The notes below the pieces were generated by a model. That model made no database searches. It saw only the letters and a program-made list of their open reading frames with translations, and was not told the origin of the DNA. The translations under genes were made by a program, and so were the position numbers. A stretch of 64,000 nt of DNA from Terriglobia bacterium (GTDB lineage: Bacteria > Acidobacteriota > Terriglobia > 2-12-FULL-54-10): assembly GCA_963666975.2 (NCBI GenBank), contig CAXVYR010000003.1, forward strand, positions 1,184,001 to 1,248,000. Direction: 5' to 3'. Of this stretch, positions 39,690 to 50,650 are shown in pieces. How positions within the stretch are numbered: the stretch's first letter is position 1; the number at the start of each line of letters is the position of its first letter.

Positions 39690-42600
39690 CTAGTCCCCTC
39701 CCCCGGCAGGCAACGGCTCAGGCTCCTCGGTGCTGGCCACCTTGCGCTTCTCGGTACGGTCCTCGGCAATGGCGTAGAGGGTGGGTATGAAGAGAAGAGT
39801 AATCAGGGTAGAAGTCAGCAGCCCCCCGATCACCACGCGCGCCATCGGCGCCTGCACTTCGCCGCCTTCGCCGAAACCCAGCGCCATGGGAGTGAGCGCG
39901 AACACGGTCGTAAGGGTCGTCATCAAGATGGGCCGCAGGCGGCGGCGTCCGGCCAGCGTAACGGCTTCAAACACCGACAGACCGTCGCGACGCCGCATCA
40001 GGTTGGCGTAATCAACCAACAAGATGGCGTTGCTGACGACGATGCCGGCCAGCATGATGACCCCCAGAAAGGCCTGGATGCTGAACGTGGTCCCGGTGAG
40101 AAACAGCATCAGCGCCACACCGACGGCGGCCAGCGGGATGGAGAATAAAATAATAAAAGGGTCGCGCCAGGATTCGAACTGGGCGGCCATCACCATGTAG
40201 ACCAGAAGAACTGCCAGAATCAAGCCGAAGAGCAACTGCCGGAAGGATTCCTGCTGCTCTTCATACTCGCCTCCATAGAGAATGGCAAAATCCTGCGGGA
40301 GCTGGGAACGAAGCGGCTCCAGCCGCGTCTGGATGTCGCTCATCACCGAACCCAGGTCGCGCCCGTCGAAGTTGGCGGATACGGTTATGATCCGCTCCCG
40401 GTCCTGGCGTTGAATCGCTACGGGACCCTCCTGCCGTTGCATGGAGATCAGGCTCCCTACCGGCACCGTATTTCCGGCAGGCGTGGCGACCGGGATGTGG
40501 CCGACGTTATCGAGGCTCGACCGGTCGGCTTCCCGCAGCCGCACCAGGATGTTGTACTCATCTCCATCCTCCCGGTACATGCCTGCCTGCTGCCCTCCGA
40601 CTGCCGTCTCCAGCACTCCACCCAGCTCATTCACGTTCAGCCCGAGCATGGCAGCCTTGATGCGGTCCACCTGGATCAGCATCTCCGGCAAACCGTCTTC
40701 CCGGCTGATGCGGGCATCGGTGACGCCGGGAACCGCTTCCACCAAGTCCTTGACTTCATTGGCCAGCTCAGTGGCGTATTGCAGGTTGTAGCCCCGTATC
40801 TCAACCGAAGCTCGCTCTTGACCCTGGCCGCCTGATAACATTCTGGTAAAATGCATGCCGCCGGAAGCCCGCGTACGAACCTGCACTCCCGGCTCAAAGT
40901 TGCCGAGCCTGCGATTCAAGGTAGCCGCAATCTCCTGAGTGGAGCGGTCGCGGCTGGCGCGCTCGCCTAACCGAAGCGTAATTTGGCCTCTGTGTGCCCC
41001 AGAGTTGCCATAACCGCCGCCTCCACCTCCAGACCCCACCTGGACCATCACGTTCTCAATCTCAGGAACCTCCTCCTGTAAAACCGCTTCCACCCGCCGT
41101 GTGACCTCGTCGGTAGTTTCCAGGCGCGTGCCGGGCGGCAACTCCACGCTGACTCGCACCTCGCCTTCATCGGTCTGCGGCATCAGTTCTACCCCGATGA
41201 AAGGAACAAGCAGAAGGGTCATAGCAAAAGCAGCCAACCCGCCCGCCACAACCGTCTTGCGATGGAACAGCGCCCAGCCAACCGCTTTCTGGTACCGCAG
41301 ATCGATTCTGTCCAAAAAGCCGCCAATTCCCTGAGAAATACGCCGCAACTGAGGGTGCTGTTGTTCGGAAGGAAGCTCCACCCGCAGATATTTGAAGCAC
41401 AGCATGGGAATCAATGTCAGGGCTACCAGCAAGGAGCAGAACAAAGCAAACGCCACCGTCAGGGCCAGCTGACTGAACAGGACATTGGCTAAGCCGCTCA
41501 GAAACGCAACCGGAACGAAAACGACAATGGTGGTGAGGGTGGCGGCCACGATGGCATTACTGACCTCGCTGCTGCCCACGCGGGCCGCTTCTTCGCGCGA
41601 TTTGCCCGCCTCGCGATGCCGGAAGGTATTTTCCATCACGACGATGGCATCATCAACAAGACGGCCTACCCCCAGGGCCAGCCCTCCCAAGGTCATGACG
41701 TTCAGCGTAAAGCCGGAAAAATAAAGCAAAGCACAGGTCGCAATCAACGACACCGGGATGGCGAGAGAAACGATCAGTGTGCTGCGCAGATTGCGCAGAA
41801 AAAACAGCAAGATCAGCACCGCGAGCAAAGCGCCTTCCAGCGCGTGGTCGCGGACCGAGCGAATGGACCTCTCAATAAAAGTGGAAGTGTCCATCAGTGG
41901 CCAGACTTCTATTCTGGGGTAGTCCCGGTTGATTCGCTCGATTTCGGCGCGAACCCCCCGAGCTACCGCCGCCGTATTGGCCCCCGATTGTTTTTGAACG
42001 GTCATGCGGACCGCCTGCTGGTCATTGATGCGGATGATCTGCTGTTCGTCCTCCCAGGCGTCCTCAATATCCGCCACATCGCGCAAATAAACCGGGATTC
42101 CTCTCCGTGTGGTCAGCACCAGACCCTGAATCTGCGCGATGCTTTGGAACTCTCCCTGTGTCCGCAACAACAGTTCGTAACGCCCTTCCTGCACGGGCCC
42201 GCCCGGAAGATTTGTATTTTCCCTGCGGATTAGATTGACTACTTCATTAACGGAAAGGTTGAGCGACTGCAACTTCTCGAGCGCCAGATTCACATGGATT
42301 TCCCTCCGCAGCCCGCCCCGCACTTCCGCCTGCGCCACCCCGGGCACGCGCTCGATCCTGTACTGAATCTGGTCCTCGGTAAGCCGGCGCAGTTCACGAG
42401 GCCCCATATCGCCGGCAACGGCCAGGAACATGATCGGAAACTGGGACAGGTCAAACTTGAACATGATCGGGGGTTCGCTGCCCTCCGGCAATGACCTGCG
42501 AAGCCGGTCGAGCCGAGTGCGCAGCTCGTCGGACGCCTCGTCCAGGTCGGTCCCCCAATCGAAGGCGACCACAACACGGCTCTGCCCTTCCGTGGAAGAA

Positions 42601-42845
42601 GAGGTCACTTCCTCCACTCCGGGAGCGCCAGCGAGCGTTTCCTCGACACGGCGCGTGATGAGCGTTTCCATCTCGCCCGGGGCGACGCCTTCGTAACGGG
42701 TCATCACGGTGATGCGGGGAAACTCTATGTCGGGCATCAGGTCAATCGGCAGGCGCTCAAAGGAAATCACTCCCAACAGAACCACAATAGCGCAGGCGAT
42801 ATAAATTGTGACGGAACGCCGAATGGCAAAATCCGGTATGCTCAT
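39690..42845 (-). CDS. RND efflux permease (AcrB/AcrD/AcrF family)
   Basis: LPIDLMPDIEFP, GRLVDDAIVVMEN, RLRPILMT, PMARVVIGGL. Confidence 0.93.
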   Translation of the reverse strand: MSIPDFAIRRSVTIYIACAIVVLLGVISFERLPIDLMPDIEFPRITVMTRYEGVAPGEMETLITRRVEETLAGAPGVEEVTSSSTEGQSRVVVAFDWGTDLDEASDELRTRLDRLRRSLPEGSEPPIMFKFDLSQFPIMFLAVAGDMGPRELRRLTEDQIQYRIERVPGVAQAEVRGGLRREIHVNLALEKLQSLNLSVNEVVNLIRRENTNLPGGPVQEGRYELLLRTQGEFQSIAQIQGLVLTTRRGIPVYLRDVADIEDAWEDEQQIIRINDQQAVRMTVQKQSGANTAAVARGVRAEIERINRDYPRIEVWPLMDTSTFIERSIRSVRDHALEGALLAVLILLFFLRNLRSTLIVSLAIPVSLIATCALLYFSGFTLNVMTLGGLALGVGRLVDDAIVVMENTFRHREAGKSREEAARVGSSEVSNAIVAATLTTIVVFVPVAFLSGLANVLFSQLALTVAFALFCSLLVALTLIPMLCFKYLRVELPSEQQHPQLRRISQGIGGFLDRIDLRYQKAVGWALFHRKTVVAGGLAAFAMTLLLVPFIGVELMPQTDEGEVRVSVELPPGTRLETTDEVTRRVEAVLQEEVPEIENVMVQVGSGGGGGGYGNSGAHRGQITLRLGERASRDRSTQEIAATLNRRLGNFEPGVQVRTRASGGMHFTRMLSGGQGQERASVEIRGYNLQYATELANEVKDLVEAVPGVTDARISREDGLPEMLIQVDRIKAAMLGLNVNELGGVLETAVGGQQAGMYREDGDEYNILVRLREADRSSLDNVGHIPVATPAGNTVPVGSLISMQRQEGPVAIQRQDRERIITVSANFDGRDLGSVMSDIQTRLEPLRSQLPQDFAILYGGEYEEQQESFRQLLFGLILAVLLVYMVMAAQFESWRDPFIILFSIPLAAVGVALMLFLTGTTFSIQAFLGVIMLAGIVVSNAILLVDYANLMRRRDGLSVFEAVTLAGRRRLRPILMTTLTTVFALTPMALGFGEGGEVQAPMARVVIGGLLTSTLITLLFIPTLYAIAEDRTEKRKVASTEEPEPLPAGGGD

Positions 42846-44122
42846 GAGCGATCCTCCGGTGCTGGCACCGCCGAATGTCTGCCGGGAACGGTAACCAAAT
42901 CTCCATCTTTCAAGCCTTGCGAGCCGCGAGTGATCACCGTGGTTCCTGCGTCCACCCCCGCCAGCACCTCAATGCCCTGCTCCGTGTTCGCGCCGGTCTC
43001 GATGGGGCGAAACTGTACCCGGTCCGAGAGAAGAACGTTTACTCCAGTTTGCTGGCCTCGCAGGATCACCGCATCGCGAGGCACCAGCAGAGCCTGCCGG
43101 TCGGTTCCCAAGTCCATCTGGATGCGGGCAAACATCTCCGCCTTCAGTTGCCCGTCGGAATTGGAAATTTCAATCTCCACCGACCCGCTCCGCGTTGTCG
43201 GATCGAGCAGCGGCGAGATTCGCGCCACATGGCCCTCATAGCTTCGCCCCTCCAGGGCATCGACCACCACCGTAGCCTGATTCCCAACCTGCAACTTTGC
43301 AAAGTCCCTCTCCGGAACGCTTACCTGGGTCACCATCGTCGACAACTGCAGGACGTGGACCAACGGTGTGTTCGGATTCACCAATGCTCCGGGATGAACG
43401 TAACGCCGGGCGACCCACCCGTCGAGCGGAGATCGGATTTGAGTTTGCAGCATGCGGATTCGCAACTCCTCAAGCGCGGCTTTCGCCTGCCTCACTTGCG
43501 CCTCCGCCAGCACCAGTTGGGACTGGACGACACGGGCGCGGGTCTCGCTCGTCTGCTGCACTTGAACCGACATCAAACCCTGCGCGAACAGGTCGGCTGC
43601 CCGTTTCTCCTCCGCTTGGGCGTTTTCGAGTTCTGCCTGCCGCTGGGCTATGGTTGCCTCCGCCACGGCAAGCGCAGCGTCCGCCCGGAGAACTTGCTGT
43701 GCCAGTTCTTCCCCTTCCAATTCCGCAATCAGCTGGCCTTCTCTCACCGGGTCTCCTACATCCACAAAGATGCGCTCCAGCCGTCCGGTGATTTTTGGCG
43801 TCACCTCCACCTGCTGCTTAGGCTTGAGTGATCCCACCAGGGATATTCTCTCCCGTATGGTGCCCTGGTCAATGGTGGCTACTTCCACAAGTTGTGGCCG
43901 GCCCTGTCTTGCGCCAGGGCCACGGTTCCCGCCCCGCTGCGGACCTCCTTCGGCTCCGCCGGGCTGCCGGTTGGGACCAGGCCGCTGGCCCGCAAACCTG
44001 CCTGCCGGTCTGCCTTGATCTGCGCTCGACTGATAGAAACGAAAGGCTAACAGGCTGACTAAAGGCACCCCGATCAGGAGCAAAATCAAAATAGTCTTTC
44101 GCCGGTTACTCCGTTCTTCCAA
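42842..44122 (-). CDS. RND periplasmic adaptor (membrane fusion protein)
   Basis: N-terminal anchor, VDVGDPVREGQ lipoyl half, coiled coil, IRSPLDG, LKAEMFAR; start uncertain (TTG). Confidence 0.9.
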   Translation of the reverse strand: MEERSNRRKTILILLLIGVPLVSLLAFRFYQSSADQGRPAGRFAGQRPGPNRQPGGAEGGPQRGGNRGPGARQGRPQLVEVATIDQGTIRERISLVGSLKPKQQVEVTPKITGRLERIFVDVGDPVREGQLIAELEGEELAQQVLRADAALAVAEATIAQRQAELENAQAEEKRAADLFAQGLMSVQVQQTSETRARVVQSQLVLAEAQVRQAKAALEELRIRMLQTQIRSPLDGWVARRYVHPGALVNPNTPLVHVLQLSTMVTQVSVPERDFAKLQVGNQATVVVDALEGRSYEGHVARISPLLDPTTRSGSVEIEISNSDGQLKAEMFARIQMDLGTDRQALLVPRDAVILRGQQTGVNVLLSDRVQFRPIETGANTEQGIEVLAGVDAGTTVITRGSQGLKDGDLVTVPGRHSAVPAPEDRS

Positions 44123-44411
44123 AAAGAGTGCCTCCGTTGCAAAAAAATCGTTGCATTAGTTTTGACCGTCCTGGACTGTGCTGGTCAAAAACAGGTCTAA
44201 TTCAGTTTAACCCAATTTTTTGCAAAATGTTGCGGCCAATACACTAAGCAAGGCTAGCTGGCATATTTTTATCAGCTTAGCCTAAAATATGAGATGGTGA
44301 AATTTGTAGTTGGTTGCCTGAAAAGTAGTTAGTGGTCAGAAAAGAGAATACTGCTGCCTCCCTGCCCGCAGGTGGGCAGCCATCCGGCAGTAAACCGATA
44401 CGACAACGCTC

Positions 44412-46679
44412 ATGCGAAACAAACACTGGAACAGACGATCAAAGGCTGAGACGAGACCGTCTCCCGGACGGATCCAATCCGTGGAAGGCAGGCTGGTTTC
44501 CCACCGCGACGGCTACGGGTTCGTGATACCTGAGCAGCCTCTACCCAAACTGCAGGGCGATATTTACATCGGGCCGCATTGGATGGGCAGCGCCATGCAT
44601 GGAGACCATGTGCTGGTGACCGACATCCACGTCCGGCAGGATGGCCGCGCCCAAGGCCGCATCCATCGCATTTTGAAGCGCGCTCATGACACGATTGTGG
44701 GGAGGTTCCACTTCGGAACCCCTTTCAACTACGTTGTCCCCTACGAAGAAAAAATCCTGCAACAAATTGTGATCCCCAAAGGACAGGAATTTCCAGTTGC
44801 AAAGCAGGACGGGAAGAAACCCACTTCTCTCACGCAGGAAGAGTTAGAAGGGTCGGTGGTCAACGTAGAGATTACCCGTTTCCCTGCGGCAACCCAAAAT
44901 GCCACTGGCCGCGTGCTGGAGCTGATTGGCCAGCCCGGCGATTTCGGCGTAGATGTCGAGATCCTCATCCGCAAGTACCACCTCCCATTCGAGTTCCCCC
45001 CGGAGGTTGAAGAAGAGGCCAGAGCAATTCCGCAGGCGGTCCCGGAAACGGAAACCGGGCGGCGGCGGGATTTCCGGCATTTGCCGGTTATCACGATTGA
45101 CGGAGAGACGGCCCGCGACTTTGACGACGCCGTTGCAGTTGCCCTGCTACCCAATGGGAATTTTGAGCTGCAGGTGCACATAGCCGATGTGGCCTACTAT
45201 GTTCGCCCCGGCACCGCCCTGGACCGCGAAGCCCGTCTCCGGGGCACCTCCGTCTACTTCCCTAACCGTGCCGTTCCCATGCTGCCTCCGGAGCTATCCA
45301 ATGGCATTTGTTCGCTGAATCCGGAGGAAGATCGTTTGGTGGTTTCTGTCCTGATGGAAATCGGCAGCCAGGGCGAGATTATCAACAGCACTTTTTGCGA
45401 AGGGATCATCCGAAACGCCCAGCGCATGACTTACACAGCGGTAAATCAGGCGCTCGAAAAGGACCCTGAAATACAAAAGCGCTATGCCGGGATGCTGCCT
45501 CACTTCGAACAAATGAGGAATTTGGCGCTCATTCTCTCTCAAAAACGCCGGCGGCGCGGCTCTATCGATTTCGATTTACCTGAGCCGGTGATTCAATTCG
45601 ACGAACTCGGAACTATGATGGCCATCACGCGGTCCGAGCGCAACACGGCGCACCGGCTGATCGAAGAATTCATGCTGGCAGCCAATGAAACGGTGGCTGC
45701 ATACCTGGAACACACTGGGATGGAAATGCTCCACCGAATTCACGAACAACCGGAGATCCGGAAGGTGATTGCGTTTGAACAAATCGCCGCCACGTTCGGC
45801 TACAGCCTGGGAGTCGGGAATCTGCCGGTGCAAAGGTTTCCCGTGGGAAGGCCGGGCAGCCGCAGGGAAGGCAGGCAAAAGCAGTCCATTGAATTACCGG
45901 CCGGCAAGCTGGATATCTCGCCCCGGAATTATCAGCAGTTGACGGAAAAGATTTCCGGAAAACCCGAGGAGCGTATTCTTTCCTACCTGATGCTGCGCTC
46001 GCTGAAGCAGGCATGCTACCGCGAACGGAACGAAGGACATTTCGCCTTGGCGACGCCACACTACACCCATTTCACCTCCCCCATTCGTCGCTACCCGGAT
46101 CTCGTGGTGCATCGGATTCTAAAATCTATCCTGCAAGGTGGAACGCCCGTGAAGTGGTCGCCGGCTGACAAAAAGCCGAAAATGCCCAAGAAGCCTCCTG
46201 CCACAACAAAGCAGTACAGGAAAGGCAACAAGCCGCAGAAATCGCCGGCAAATCAGAACTCCCGCATTCCTGAACCGGTTTCCCCCGGCCTGCCAGCCCC
46301 CTACACGACAACCAAGGCCGAGCTGGCAGCGATTGCCATCGAATCCTCCGAGGCCGAGCGGCGCGCAGCGGAAGCAGAACGGGAACTGCTCGAATGGAAG
46401 AAAGCGGCATTTATGCAGGAGAAATTAGGGGATGAATTTGATGCGCTCATTATCAGCGTCGCTCCATTCGGCTTCTTTGTAGAACTGCTGGACTTGTTTG
46501 TGGAGGGTTTGGTCCCGATCGAGACATTAACCGATCAGCGATATCTCTACCGGGAACAGCAACAACAACTGGTGGGCGAACGAACCCGGCACAGCTTCCG
46601 GATTGGAAACCGGCTCCGAGTACGCCTGGATCGCATTGGAGAACCGGCAGGTAAAATGAACTTTTCTGTCGTAGCCTAA
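44412..46679 (+). CDS. rnr: ribonuclease R
   Basis: HRDGYGFV, TIDGETARDFDDA, HIADV, LIEEFMLAAN, YTHFTSPIRRYPDL, C-terminal S1 domain. Confidence 0.93.
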   Translation: MRNKHWNRRSKAETRPSPGRIQSVEGRLVSHRDGYGFVIPEQPLPKLQGDIYIGPHWMGSAMHGDHVLVTDIHVRQDGRAQGRIHRILKRAHDTIVGRFHFGTPFNYVVPYEEKILQQIVIPKGQEFPVAKQDGKKPTSLTQEELEGSVVNVEITRFPAATQNATGRVLELIGQPGDFGVDVEILIRKYHLPFEFPPEVEEEARAIPQAVPETETGRRRDFRHLPVITIDGETARDFDDAVAVALLPNGNFELQVHIADVAYYVRPGTALDREARLRGTSVYFPNRAVPMLPPELSNGICSLNPEEDRLVVSVLMEIGSQGEIINSTFCEGIIRNAQRMTYTAVNQALEKDPEIQKRYAGMLPHFEQMRNLALILSQKRRRRGSIDFDLPEPVIQFDELGTMMAITRSERNTAHRLIEEFMLAANETVAAYLEHTGMEMLHRIHEQPEIRKVIAFEQIAATFGYSLGVGNLPVQRFPVGRPGSRREGRQKQSIELPAGKLDISPRNYQQLTEKISGKPEERILSYLMLRSLKQACYRERNEGHFALATPHYTHFTSPIRRYPDLVVHRILKSILQGGTPVKWSPADKKPKMPKKPPATTKQYRKGNKPQKSPANQNSRIPEPVSPGLPAPYTTTKAELAAIAIESSEAERRAAEAERELLEWKKAAFMQEKLGDEFDALIISVAPFGFFVELLDLFVEGLVPIETLTDQRYLYREQQQQLVGERTRHSFRIGNRLRVRLDRIGEPAGKMNFSVVA

Positions 46680-47206
46680 ACCGACGCGCTCATCGCCATA
46701 GCGGCGGGGATCAGCTTGAGTTGCGCCTTAGCCAGAGCTTTGGTGAGCAAAGTTTCCGCCGTTTCCTCAGACGTGCTCTTGGCGACGGCCAACTCACTAA
46801 TCAGAAGGTAGCGGGCACGGTCCAGCATCTTTCTTTCGCGGAAGGAAAGTTCCTTGGTCCGGCTGATCACCAGCAAGCTTTTAAACACTTCGGCAACCTG
46901 CAATAGACAGCCGGTTCGCATCTTTTCCGAATTTTCCTTGAACCGGTACTTCCAATCTTTGTGGTTCTCGCATTCGCCGTGGGCCAGATAAGTGAGTATT
47001 TGGCTCGCTTCTCTGCTCTTCACGATATGCCGCAAACCTACGGTATTTACTTTGGCATAGGGAACCATCACCCGAAGGCTGTTGGAGTAGATTTTGAGCA
47101 GGTAAAATCGTTGCGGTGTGACGCCTACGTTCCAGTTGTTGATTTGTTCAATGATTCCAACGCCATGATTGGGATAAACAATCTTATCACCTACCTGAAA
47201 ACTCAT
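46676..47206 (-). CDS. carD: CarD-family transcription factor
   Basis: FQVGDKIVYPNHGVG, WKYRFKEN, LSFRERKML..AR..LISE. Confidence 0.9.
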   Translation of the reverse strand: MSFQVGDKIVYPNHGVGIIEQINNWNVGVTPQRFYLLKIYSNSLRVMVPYAKVNTVGLRHIVKSREASQILTYLAHGECENHKDWKYRFKENSEKMRTGCLLQVAEVFKSLLVISRTKELSFRERKMLDRARYLLISELAVAKSTSEETAETLLTKALAKAQLKLIPAAMAMSASV

Positions 47207-47355
47207 TTTGGAGGGCCTCGATAGATATAAAAGTAAGCTTTCGGAAGCAACTGATCATACCAAGGGGCTGCCCTAAAGTCAATGTTGCGTTACCCTGTTT
47301 TTCCCCGGAATCACTGTATCTGGCGCGCCTGGAAGTAGTCCGTGATCCCGCAAAC

Positions 47356-47384
47356 ACTATATATTGGACTTCTAAGGTTTTCAA
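47356..47384 (-). promoter_or_regulatory. sigma70-type promoter for carD
   Basis: TTGAAA-17 nt-TATAGT on the minus strand. Confidence 0.55.
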
Positions 47385-47520
47385 AAAAACTTGCAGGGAA
47401 GATTTAGTCCTGCTTTCTGCCGCGCAGCGTTATCATTTGGAAGAGAATTTTGCTCCATGCTATCTTTACTCACACGAATCGTATTCGTTCATGTCATCTT
47501 CACAAGCAGGAGGATCGGTA

Positions 47521-48213
47521 ATGTTACATAGAAAAAGTTCGCTGGTGATTTTGCTGGCATGCTTGGCCGTGTCGCTGGCTGGCGGCATCAAGATACATGC
47601 CCTGCAGCTGGGATCGCGCGAGGCCACCGAGTGGATCGATCTCCTGGAGCGGCCTGGAAGAATAGCCGGATTAAAAAGGGATGAAGTAGTCGCGCGCTTG
47701 AAACTCAGGCCGGGGAACATCGTCGCCGACATCGGCGCCGGGGCCGGCGCGTTTTCCCTGCAACTGGCCCGGGCCGTTGCTCCGTCGGGCAAACTGTTGG
47801 CTGTCGAGATCGAGCAAGGTCTTCTCGATCGCATCAACCAAGTGGCCCGGCAGGAAAACGTCAGCAACGTTCAAACGGTCCTCGGCGAATTCGACGATCC
47901 GAACCTGCCCACCCGGCAGGTGGACATGGCTTTTATCCATGACGTATTGCACCACATCGAGAACCGCGCGGCCTACCTGAAAACGCTCGCCTCCTATATG
48001 AAACCCAACGCACGCATTGCTATCATCGAGCTGGACAAAACTCGCCCGGATGTTCCGCACCGGGATCAGCCCGAAATGCAAGTCGGCAAGGAGCAGGTGA
48101 AACAATGGCTGGCGGCAGCCGGTTTTTACCCTGCGGAAGAATTCAACATGTTTGAGGACAAGTGGTTCATCGTATACGCGCGGGGCGGGTCAGCAACGTC
48201 GGGCGGCATGTAG
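47521..48213 (+). CDS. class I SAM-dependent methyltransferase with signal peptide
   Basis: AGGAGG RBS; hydrophobic N-terminus; VADIGAGAG, AVEIE, DVLHHI. Confidence 0.85.
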   Translation: MLHRKSSLVILLACLAVSLAGGIKIHALQLGSREATEWIDLLERPGRIAGLKRDEVVARLKLRPGNIVADIGAGAGAFSLQLARAVAPSGKLLAVEIEQGLLDRINQVARQENVSNVQTVLGEFDDPNLPTRQVDMAFIHDVLHHIENRAAYLKTLASYMKPNARIAIIELDKTRPDVPHRDQPEMQVGKEQVKQWLAAAGFYPAEEFNMFEDKWFIVYARGGSATSGGM

Positions 48214-48235
48214 CACTGTTTGTTAAGGGGGTTTG

Positions 48236-48766
48236 TTAACGCGGCAAGCGGTTCGTCTTGCCTGCAAGGCGGTCTGAGCTGATTCGGCGGACATGGGAGA
48301 AATCCTGCAGCTTCTGGAAAAGCTCTTCCACTGTCTCCCGCGAAACTGGAAAACGGAGCGACGGAGCGATCTCCCGCAGCGGCTCCATCACAAACCGCCT
48401 TTCGAGCATCCGGGGATGGGGCACGACCAGCATCTTGCTGTGCAGTGTCCGGTCACCGTAGAGCAAAATATCGAGGTCAATGCTGCGCGGGCCTTTGGGC
48501 TGCCGGCGCCGGCGACCCAGCTTGTGTTCGATCCCCTGCAACGTTTCCAGCAAAGCCAGCGGCGACAAAACCGTCTCTACCTCAACCACGCAGTTCAGAA
48601 ACCATCCCTGCCCGGCAAAATCCACCGGTTCGGTTTCGTAAATGGAAGAGCAGCTTTGCACTCGGATGGCGCCGGCTTCCAGCGCCTGCCAGGCGCGCCG
48701 AAGCTGCTCGCAGCGGTCTCCCAGATTGGAGCCGAGCGAAAGATATGCCGTCTCAGAAATTGCCAT
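48236..48766 (-). CDS. folK: 2-amino-4-hydroxy-6-hydroxymethyldihydropteridine diphosphokinase
   Basis: LSLGSNLGD, SIYETEP, FLNCV, GPRSIDLDIL, PHPRMLERRFV. Confidence 0.96.
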   Translation of the reverse strand: MAISETAYLSLGSNLGDRCEQLRRAWQALEAGAIRVQSCSSIYETEPVDFAGQGWFLNCVVEVETVLSPLALLETLQGIEHKLGRRRRQPKGPRSIDLDILLYGDRTLHSKMLVVPHPRMLERRFVMEPLREIAPSLRFPVSRETVEELFQKLQDFSHVRRISSDRLAGKTNRLPR

Positions 48767-48797
48767 CGCGCGATTACCCGGTGTGAATTGTTAATTG

Positions 48798-49826
48798 TTA
48801 GAAGAGGGCGTTCTGTGCGCTGTTCGGCTTCAGGCCGAAATACTGGAAAGCCAGCGGGGTGGCCACGCGGCCTCGCGGAGTGCGGTGAAGAAAACCGATT
48901 TGGATCAGGAAGGGCTCGTAGATCTCTTCAATCGCATCGACTTCCTCGCTGAGTGAAGCGGCCAGGGTATTCACGCCGACAGGACCGCCTCCGTATTTCT
49001 CAATGATGGTCAGCAGCAGTTTACGGTCCACCTCGTCGAAACCGTAATGGTCCACCTCCAGCATTTCCAGCGCGGCTTGGGCCACCGAGAGAGTGATCCG
49101 GCCTTCGGCTTTTACTTCGGCATAATCGCGGACGCGGCGCAGCAGCCGGTTCGCAATACGAGGCGTCCCCCGGCTCCGCCGCGCAATCTCCTCCGCGCCT
49201 TCCTGGTCCACGGGAACTTGCAGGATATCCGCCGAGCGGCGCACGATAATTCCCAGCTCTTCGGCGGTGTAGAAGTCGATGCGATGGACGATTCCGAAAC
49301 GGCTTCGCAGCGGCGCGCTCAGCAATCCGGCCCGCGTTGTGGCCCCCACCAGGGTGAACGGCGCAACATTCAGTTGAACAGTCCTCGCCCCAGGCCCCTG
49401 CCCCACCACGTAGTCGATACGAAAATCCTCCAGGGCCGGATATAGCAACTCCTCCAGTTGGGTATTCAAGCGGTGGATTTCATCAATAAAAAAGATTTGA
49501 AATTTTTCCACGTTGCTCAGGATGGCCGCCAGGTCCTTCTTATCTTCGATCACCGGCCCGGAGGTCGCCTGGAAGGCGACGCCCATTTCGTTGGCAATGA
49601 TCGACGCCAGCGTCGTCTTGCCCAGCCCCGGCGGCCCGTAGAGTAAAACGTGGTCCAGCACTTCTCCGCGCGCGCGCGCCGCCTGGATGGAAATGCTTAA
49701 GTTATCCTTCACCTTCTGCTGCCCAATAAACTCCGCCAATCGTTTGGGTCGCAGGCTGTATTCATCCTGTTGTTCGTCCGGCAGCATGCTGCCTGAAACC
49801 ATCCGTTCTGAATCATTGAGTGCCAT
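48798..49826 (-). CDS. ruvB: Holliday junction branch migration helicase
   Basis: [46 protein letters not shown]. Confidence 0.97.
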   Translation of the reverse strand: MALNDSERMVSGSMLPDEQQDEYSLRPKRLAEFIGQQKVKDNLSISIQAARARGEVLDHVLLYGPPGLGKTTLASIIANEMGVAFQATSGPVIEDKKDLAAILSNVEKFQIFFIDEIHRLNTQLEELLYPALEDFRIDYVVGQGPGARTVQLNVAPFTLVGATTRAGLLSAPLRSRFGIVHRIDFYTAEELGIIVRRSADILQVPVDQEGAEEIARRSRGTPRIANRLLRRVRDYAEVKAEGRITLSVAQAALEMLEVDHYGFDEVDRKLLLTIIEKYGGGPVGVNTLAASLSEEVDAIEEIYEPFLIQIGFLHRTPRGRVATPLAFQYFGLKPNSAQNALF

Positions 49827-49926
49827 ATGTTTTTTTCTGAGCGGCCCCTTACTTTCCAATCCGGATTAACCGGGAGGATGTCTGCTGCACATCCCGAAGC
49901 AACCTGCCTGAAATCGCGCCAGGATA

Positions 49927-50541
49927 TCAGGGGAAAAATTTCCTCGACAGCAATCGCAGCGACGCGCGGAGTAAATCCTCAAAATCCTTGTTCGGCCCCT
50001 GTGCGCGGACTTCCTGGAGGGCATTTTCAGCGGCGGGGCGTGCATAACCGACATTGATCAAAGCCGAGAGAACTGCGTCCTCCGCAGTTTCCGGCTTCGC
50101 CACCGGAGCCTGCTGGCGGCCTACCGACGCCGGAACGACATCCGCGAGTTTGTCCTTCAACTCCAGAACCAGTCTCTCCGCGGTTTTGCGTCCCACGCCG
50201 GGAACATGCACCAGCTTGGCGACTTCTCCGTTTCGGAGGGCTGGGATCAGCTCCTCGATCTCCAGCCCGGATAGGATCGTGACAGCCAGTTTTGGGCCGA
50301 CTCCGGAGACGCTGAGCAGCTTCTCAAATAAGTTTTTCTCCCGCTCCGTTCGGAATCCGTACAGCGAAAAGGACTCCTGCCTAACGTAGCTGTAAATCTG
50401 AAGGCTGACTTCCGTGGCCACGTCTCCCAACTCGTAAAAAGTGGAGACCGGGATAAAAACCTCGTAGCCTACGCCCGCGGCCTCAATGACGACTCGATTC
50501 GGTCGCTTTGAGAGGAGCTTCCCACGCAGATGGGCTATCAT
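49927..50541 (-). CDS. ruvA: Holliday junction DNA-binding protein
   Basis: MIAHLRG, GVGYEV, VSGVGPKLA, VPGVGRKTAERLVLELKDK. Confidence 0.96.
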   Translation of the reverse strand: MIAHLRGKLLSKRPNRVVIEAAGVGYEVFIPVSTFYELGDVATEVSLQIYSYVRQESFSLYGFRTEREKNLFEKLLSVSGVGPKLAVTILSGLEIEELIPALRNGEVAKLVHVPGVGRKTAERLVLELKDKLADVVPASVGRQQAPVAKPETAEDAVLSALINVGYARPAAENALQEVRAQGPNKDFEDLLRASLRLLSRKFFP

Positions 50542-50650
50542 CAATTCCTTTTCTGATTCCTTTTCTCAACACCGGTTTGTCAGCCCGCGATTATCATACC
50601 CCTTCGCAGAGTTTTCAAGAAACAGCCGGGCAAATGAACAGGATCAATGC

